From contig OZ241869.1 in NCBI GenBank assembly GCA_965202805.1, positions 3,520,001-3,584,000 of the forward strand: a DNA stretch of 64,000 nt, in the 5' to 3' direction. Shown here one piece after another: positions 59,192 through 64,000 of the stretch (positions within the stretch are counted from its first letter, which is position 1; every line of letters begins with the position of its first letter). Position numbers and translations under genes: made by a program. The notes below the pieces were generated by a model. That model was not told where the DNA came from. It searched no databases and was given only the letters and a program-made list of their open reading frames with translations. This stretch comes from Longimicrobiales bacterium. GTDB taxonomy: Bacteria > Gemmatimonadota > Gemmatimonadetes > Longimicrobiales > Gaopeijiaceae.

Positions 59192-60772
59192 GTGAAGACG
59201 ACGGAAGCGCACTGGTACGACCTGACCGCCGCCCGCATGTCGCGGCGCGATTTCGTGAGGATCGGCCGCGATGTGGCCGGCATTGTCGCGCTGGGCTCGC
59301 TGGGCGCCTGCCGGAGCGACCGCACGGCACAACTGGCTGTCTCTCCGTTCCCGTCGGGGGTCGCGTCCGGCGATCCGGACGCCGAAGGGATGGTTCTGTG
59401 GACGCGCCTGTCGGGGGAAGGGATGCGCGACGCGGGTCTGGCGACCGAACCGGTCGCGGTGCGCTGGGAGGTGGCGGCCGACGAGAGCTTCTCGCGCGTC
59501 GTTCGGCAGGGCACCCAGCTGGCGGTCCCCGAACTGGGCCACTCGGTCCATGTTGAAGTGGAAGGACTCGAGCCCGACCGGCCGTACTGGTATCGCTTCA
59601 TGACGGGAGGCGACCAGAGCCCGGTCGGCCGCACCCGCACCCTGCCCGCGCCCGGTACGCCCGCCGACCGGCTGCGCTTCGCCTTCGCATCGTGCCAGAA
59701 CTACGAGCACGGCTACTACACCGCCTTCCGGCACATGGCGGAGGAGGAACTGGACCTGGTCTTCCACCTCGGCGACTACATCTACGAGGTGGGATACGGC
59801 GACAACCTGGTGCGCGCGCACGAGGCGGGCGAGGTGTTCACCCTCGACGACTACCGCGCCCGCTATTCCCTCTACCGGTCCGACCCCGACCTGCAGGCCG
59901 CCCACGCGGCATTCCCCTGGGCGATCACCTTCGACGACCACGAGGTGGACAACAACTGGGCGTCGGACGTGGCCGAGGACGACCAGTCTCCCGCGCAACT
60001 GCTGCTGCGCCGCACGGCCGCCTTCCAGGCCTTCTACGAGTTCATGCCGGTGCGGCGTTCGTCTTTGCCCAGCGGGCCGGACATCCAGGTCTACCGCCGG
60101 CTGCACTTCGGCGGCCTGGCCGACTTCCACGTGCTGGACAGCCGCCAGTACCGCTCCGACCAGGCGTGTGGCGACACCAACGGGCCGCTGTGCGCGGAGG
60201 CGCTCGAGCCCGGCCGCACCATGCTGGGGCCGGAGCAGGAGGATTGGCTGTTCGCGGGTCTGGCCGAGTCGGAGAGCAGCTGGAACGTGCTCGCCAACCA
60301 GGTCATGATCGCCCGGCTGGAGGGCTCCCGGGACGGGGAACCCACCGTCTCGATGGACCGCTGGGACGGATACCCGGAAGCTCAGGACCGGCTGCTCTCC
60401 TTCCTGGACCGGACCCGGCCGGCGAACCCGGTGGTGCTCACCGGCGACATCCACAGCAACTGGGCAGCGGATCTGAAGGCGGACCCGCGCGACCCGTCGT
60501 CCGGCATCGTGGGTGCCGAACTGGTGGGCACGTCCATCAGCTCCGGGGGAGACGGGCAGGACACGCGCCCGGGTACCGCCGACTCGCTTGCCCGCAACCC
60601 GCACATCCACTTCTTCAACGGCCAGCGGGGCTACGTTCGCTGTGCCGCAACCCCGGATCGCCTCGTCGCGGACTACCGCATCGTCCCATACGTCACGCGC
60701 CCCGGGGCCCCCGTGGAGACGCGCGCCTCCTTCGTCGTCGAGGCCGGCCGGCCGGGGCTGCTGCCGGCGTAA
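59192..60772 (+). CDS. phoD: Alkaline phosphatase D, Tat-exported
   Basis: SRRDFV; GVASGDP; FASCQN; HLGDYIYE; DDHEVDNN; LTGDIH. Confidence 0.92.
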   Translation: MKTTEAHWYDLTAARMSRRDFVRIGRDVAGIVALGSLGACRSDRTAQLAVSPFPSGVASGDPDAEGMVLWTRLSGEGMRDAGLATEPVAVRWEVAADESFSRVVRQGTQLAVPELGHSVHVEVEGLEPDRPYWYRFMTGGDQSPVGRTRTLPAPGTPADRLRFAFASCQNYEHGYYTAFRHMAEEELDLVFHLGDYIYEVGYGDNLVRAHEAGEVFTLDDYRARYSLYRSDPDLQAAHAAFPWAITFDDHEVDNNWASDVAEDDQSPAQLLLRRTAAFQAFYEFMPVRRSSLPSGPDIQVYRRLHFGGLADFHVLDSRQYRSDQACGDTNGPLCAEALEPGRTMLGPEQEDWLFAGLAESESSWNVLANQVMIARLEGSRDGEPTVSMDRWDGYPEAQDRLLSFLDRTRPANPVVLTGDIHSNWAADLKADPRDPSSGIVGAELVGTSISSGGDGQDTRPGTADSLARNPHIHFFNGQRGYVRCAATPDRLVADYRIVPYVTRPGAPVETRASFVVEAGRPGLLPA

Positions 60773-60884
60773 ACGCGGCCGATGCCGGTTGCCCTTGCCC
60801 GCGTCTTCCGGAAGTCGGTCGGTGGGTTCTTAGGGGCATACGGGATTGCATCACTTGGCGCGCTCTTGTTAAGCAAGTGACGGA

Positions 60885-60959
60885 CAAGTAAGAAATTTAC
60901 TGCCGCACAATATCTTACGTAGTTTTCCACACCGAATCGGGCCGGTTTGTAAAGTAAGA
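60885..60959. repeat. 75-bp imperfect direct repeat, left copy
   Basis: Ungapped match to 62537-62611; 54/75 identical by hand count. Confidence 0.85.
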
Positions 60960-60977
60960 ACAGGGCTCTGGCGGAAC

Positions 60978-62444
60978 TCACACCGCCCAGAACGGCACGT
61001 ATTTCATGTACTTCGGCGACGCATTCCGGTCGAACGGCGCGATCGCTCCTTCCTGCACCGAATCCCTGATGATTCTCGACACCCAAACGCGGTTGTTATC
61101 GCCAAGCCCGAGCCGTTCCCGCAAAGAGGTGTTGGTCAGGAAGTCGCCGTCCACGTAACGCAAGCTGGCGTGATGGTACACGGCGCGAATGCGCTCCCGC
61201 CGGTCCATCTCCTTCGGATTCTTTCCGGCGAAGAGTACGACCTGCGTTGCTTCCGGTGGGGTCCGGAAGTCGGGTGGGGGCAGGTGAGACGATTCCACGG
61301 CGAAGATCACCTTGTCGATTCCGGTCCCCCGCTCCTCGCAGAGCCCGAACCGGCGCATCAGCGAAGCCAGCGACTCGTTCCGCGATTTCGGGGCGCCGTC
61401 GATGAAGCGCACGGTCTCCACGAGCGGCTCTCCGGGATTCGTCACTTCGAGACGGCGATCGAAGATCTCGACCATGGGCCCGGCACCGCGCACCGAGAAA
61501 TCCTGATGTATGAGGGCGTTCGCGACCAACTCTCGAACTGCTTCTTCGGGAAACATGCGGACGGTCCGGCGCACGCCCCCGTCGAACGTTTCACTCGCGG
61601 GCAGGATGCCGTTCAAATAGGCCATCATCCCGTCAAATCCGACGGCGTAGCCCGCATGCAACTCGTGCTCTCTGCTGGCATGGTACCGGCCCTTGCCCTG
61701 GTACTGGACGATACGCAAGGCTTTCCGCCCGATCCGCCCGAAATCTCGCAGATCTCGCGCCAACGCGATGGCGCCGAGATTCGTGATGTCGTACAGGCCA
61801 TCGTTTCTGTTGCGGATCAAGTCTTCCGAGCGAAGCCTCTCCATCTGTCGCTCGTGGTCCGGCACCACTGGCAGTTTCATGAGATCGAAGTAAGCCACGC
61901 AGTCGAGCTTGGAGACCACTTCCTCCGCGGTGACGCCCTCAGCCGCGATATCTTTTTCGAAGATCAGGCGCTCGAGGGACCTCCAAAGGGCACGTTCCTT
62001 GGCCGGATAATCGCGGAGTCTTCGCTTGCTGCTTCCCACGCGGATGTACTCGGTACCCTTGAAAGCCACGGGCTGGCCGCTCGCTGGTTCGATTTCCAAC
62101 AGCACGATGGCCTTCCCCGTCACCGTAGCTTCATGGAATCGGAAATCGACTTGGGGTCGGAGCCCGCGGAGCAGCCACGCCTCCAAAGGCTCGTTGCCCT
62201 TCTTTGCCACCGAAGGCGAAAACGTGGTCCCAACGAAGGCGTGAGTTTCGTCCTCAACGCCCCAGATCATGTGGGCGCGCGTCGTGCCCAATAGTGCTGC
62301 GGCGTTGGCCAGGGCGGAGATGTACTCGCCGATTCCGTTCGGGTCCTGGTAGTTGCGCTTGAACTCGGTGGACTCGGTTTCCTGTGGGAGCCCGACGAGT
62401 CGTTGAACCGCTTGCGCGATTCGTGTCGCGTCTGGCTCTGGCAT
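60978..62444 (-). CDS. AlbA_2 (Schlafen-like) plus HATPase_c_4 (RecG C-terminal-like) plus wHTH protein
   Basis: ETESTEFK, ISALAN, IWGVED, YIRVGSS; RELVANALIHQDF, VTNPG, SRNESLA, EERGTGI. Confidence 0.85.
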   Translation of the reverse strand: MPEPDATRIAQAVQRLVGLPQETESTEFKRNYQDPNGIGEYISALANAAALLGTTRAHMIWGVEDETHAFVGTTFSPSVAKKGNEPLEAWLLRGLRPQVDFRFHEATVTGKAIVLLEIEPASGQPVAFKGTEYIRVGSSKRRLRDYPAKERALWRSLERLIFEKDIAAEGVTAEEVVSKLDCVAYFDLMKLPVVPDHERQMERLRSEDLIRNRNDGLYDITNLGAIALARDLRDFGRIGRKALRIVQYQGKGRYHASREHELHAGYAVGFDGMMAYLNGILPASETFDGGVRRTVRMFPEEAVRELVANALIHQDFSVRGAGPMVEIFDRRLEVTNPGEPLVETVRFIDGAPKSRNESLASLMRRFGLCEERGTGIDKVIFAVESSHLPPPDFRTPPEATQVVLFAGKNPKEMDRRERIRAVYHHASLRYVDGDFLTNTSLRERLGLGDNNRVWVSRIIRDSVQEGAIAPFDRNASPKYMKYVPFWAV

Positions 62445-62536
62445 GGCTGCTCCCCGCCGTTCCCCGAAAGCCATCGTCCGTCGCCAGCTAACGGATTCGG
62501 GCTTGCGGAGTGGACCCCATCTTTGCAAGTTGCAGG

Positions 62537-62611
62537 CAAGTAAGAAAATCAAATGATTACAACATCTTATGAAGTTTTCAACAAAAAAGCAACGCGGTTT
62601 GTAAAGTAAGA
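62537..62611. repeat. 75-bp imperfect direct repeat, right copy
   Basis: Matches 60885-60959; contains AATCAAATGATTA, which fits the IHF consensus WATCAANNNNTTR. Confidence 0.85.
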
Positions 62612-62852
62612 TGGACGGTTTTCCTGGCACTTGGAGCAGTTGGCGGTCGACTGCCGCGTTGTGCCCTGTCTCACTTCAAGGCTTGGAAGAAGCCTCGGCG
62701 GAATCTGCGGCCCCGGGACCACGGCGAACCACATCCCCATCCGTACTCGTGCTCGCGGGCCCCGTGCGCGCGAGGTCCGAATCACGTTACTATGACCGGT
62801 CGGACCCGAGCGGGTCCGGAAACCTGTTGCCATCCTGCCGAAGGAGTTCGCC

Positions 62853-64000
62853 ATGCGAACCAGCGCCGTCCATTCGACCATCGTGAAGACCGGTGCCGCC
62901 GCTCTGGCGCTCGCTCTGGCGGTCGCGCCCGCGGCCGGCCAGTGGACGCCGATGAAGCCGGGCAGCGACAACATGGACGTGCTCGGCCACGTCCCGCTCG
63001 GCCCGCAGCTCAGCATCGCGGACATCGAACTCGAGCAGGAAATGCACCGTCCCTACGCGTACGTCGCGCGCATGGTGTACGGCGAGGTGGGCCCCAAGGG
63101 CACCGACATCATCAACCTGGAGGATCCCGAGAAGCCGGAGGTGATCTACCGCTGGCGCATCGAGAACCAGGACCTGCACCAGCGCACCGGCGGCATGGAC
63201 GTCAAGTACTTCAAGCTCGACGGCCGCTACTACGTGGTGCAGTCCCTCCAGTTCGGCCAGGGCGGCCCCAACCCCGACCTGGGCGCGGTCATCCTGGACG
63301 TCACCGGGCTTCCCGATCCCACAACCGTGCGCGAGGTCGCCCGCATCCGGGAGCCTGAAATGCCGGGGGGCTTCCACAACATCTTCATCTACAAGCACTC
63401 CGACGGACGCGTGCTGCTGATCACCACGATCAGGGGACCCTTCGCCCACGTGTACGACATGGCCAAGGCCGTCGACGGAGATCCCTCCGACGCTCTCGCG
63501 GGGCGAATCCCGGTCCCCGAGTCGCCGCTCGGGCAGGGGAGCGGGCGCGGATACCACGACTTCTACGCCGCGTATCATCCGGACACCGGGCAGGACCGCT
63601 TCTACGGCGGAGGAACCGGGGGTTACTACGTCTACAACATCAGCGACCTGGACAACCCGGAGCTCGTGGTCACCATGACCGGCATCAGCGGCGTCCGCTC
63701 GGGCCATACCTTCACGCCCAGCCCGGACGGGCGCTACGTGATTGCCGAGACCGAATACCAGTACGCGCCGCTGCGCATCTTCGACCTCCAGCCCGCCCTC
63801 GAGGGCACGCAGACGAACATCAACCGGCCCATCTCCGCCTGGACCGCCGACTGGCAGAACCTGGTGCACAACCACGAGGTGCGCTGGCCCTACGTCTTCG
63901 TCTCCGGGTACCTCGACGGCCTCCAGATCTTCAGCCTGATGGACCCGGCGAACCCGGTCACCGTGGGCTACTACGACACCTACAGCGGCCCGCCCAACGC
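62853..64000 (+). CDS. Secreted LVIVD-repeat beta-propeller-like protein (runs off the window)
   Basis: ATG after AAGGAG; signal peptide; NMDVLGHVPL, RPYAY, AVILDVT, HNHEVRWPYVFVSGYLDGLQIF. Confidence 0.8.
   Translation, partial: MRTSAVHSTIVKTGAAALALALAVAPAAGQWTPMKPGSDNMDVLGHVPLGPQLSIADIELEQEMHRPYAYVARMVYGEVGPKGTDIINLEDPEKPEVIYRWRIENQDLHQRTGGMDVKYFKLDGRYYVVQSLQFGQGGPNPDLGAVILDVTGLPDPTTVREVARIREPEMPGGFHNIFIYKHSDGRVLLITTIRGPFAHVYDMAKAVDGDPSDALAGRIPVPESPLGQGSGRGYHDFYAAYHPDTGQDRFYGGGTGGYYVYNISDLDNPELVVTMTGISGVRSGHTFTPSPDGRYVIAETEYQYAPLRIFDLQPALEGTQTNINRPISAWTADWQNLVHNHEVRWPYVFVSGYLDGLQIFSLMDPANPVTVGYYDTYSGPPN

Noticed and set aside
62445..62630. N-terminal extension of the AlbA_2 protein, similar to a peptide in ORF 60673-61086
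   Set aside because: The peptide similarity comes from the 75-bp DNA repeat; mismatches are clustered in blocks, not at third codon positions.

Overview
GC-rich bacterial chromosomal window. The gene content (two SusC/SusD-like pairs, DUF1552/DUF1592/ankyrin genes, LVIVD and amidohydrolase lipoproteins, taurine catabolism, iodotyrosine deiodinase, TA modules) suggests a Gemmatimonadota-like, possibly marine host-associated organism; this is inference only. From left to right: (1) a probable taurine-utilisation cluster (tpa, secreted amidohydrolase, SusC/SusD, pta, alanine symporter). (2) A ~10 kb tyrosine-integrase island (11224-21175) inserted into the last codons of a hydratase gene, bounded by a 9-bp GAGTTCCAG direct repeat. 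Nested in it is a 3.66 kb IS1595-family transposon (perfect 26-bp TIRs, 8-bp TSD) carrying an HNH nuclease, a tRNA-like gene with a 6-nt anticodon loop, a ~150-nt structured RNA candidate, an M48 peptidase and small ORFs. The island also has a family of covarying non-coding hairpin modules. (3) Metabolic and housekeeping genes, including rnpB, tRNA-Arg(CCG), pstSCAB-B, ferritin, a multicopper oxidase and phoD. (4) A single AlbA_2/ATPase-type gene flanked by 75-bp imperfect direct repeats. No CRISPR array was seen. All family assignments come from motif recognition by eye; no database searches were run.
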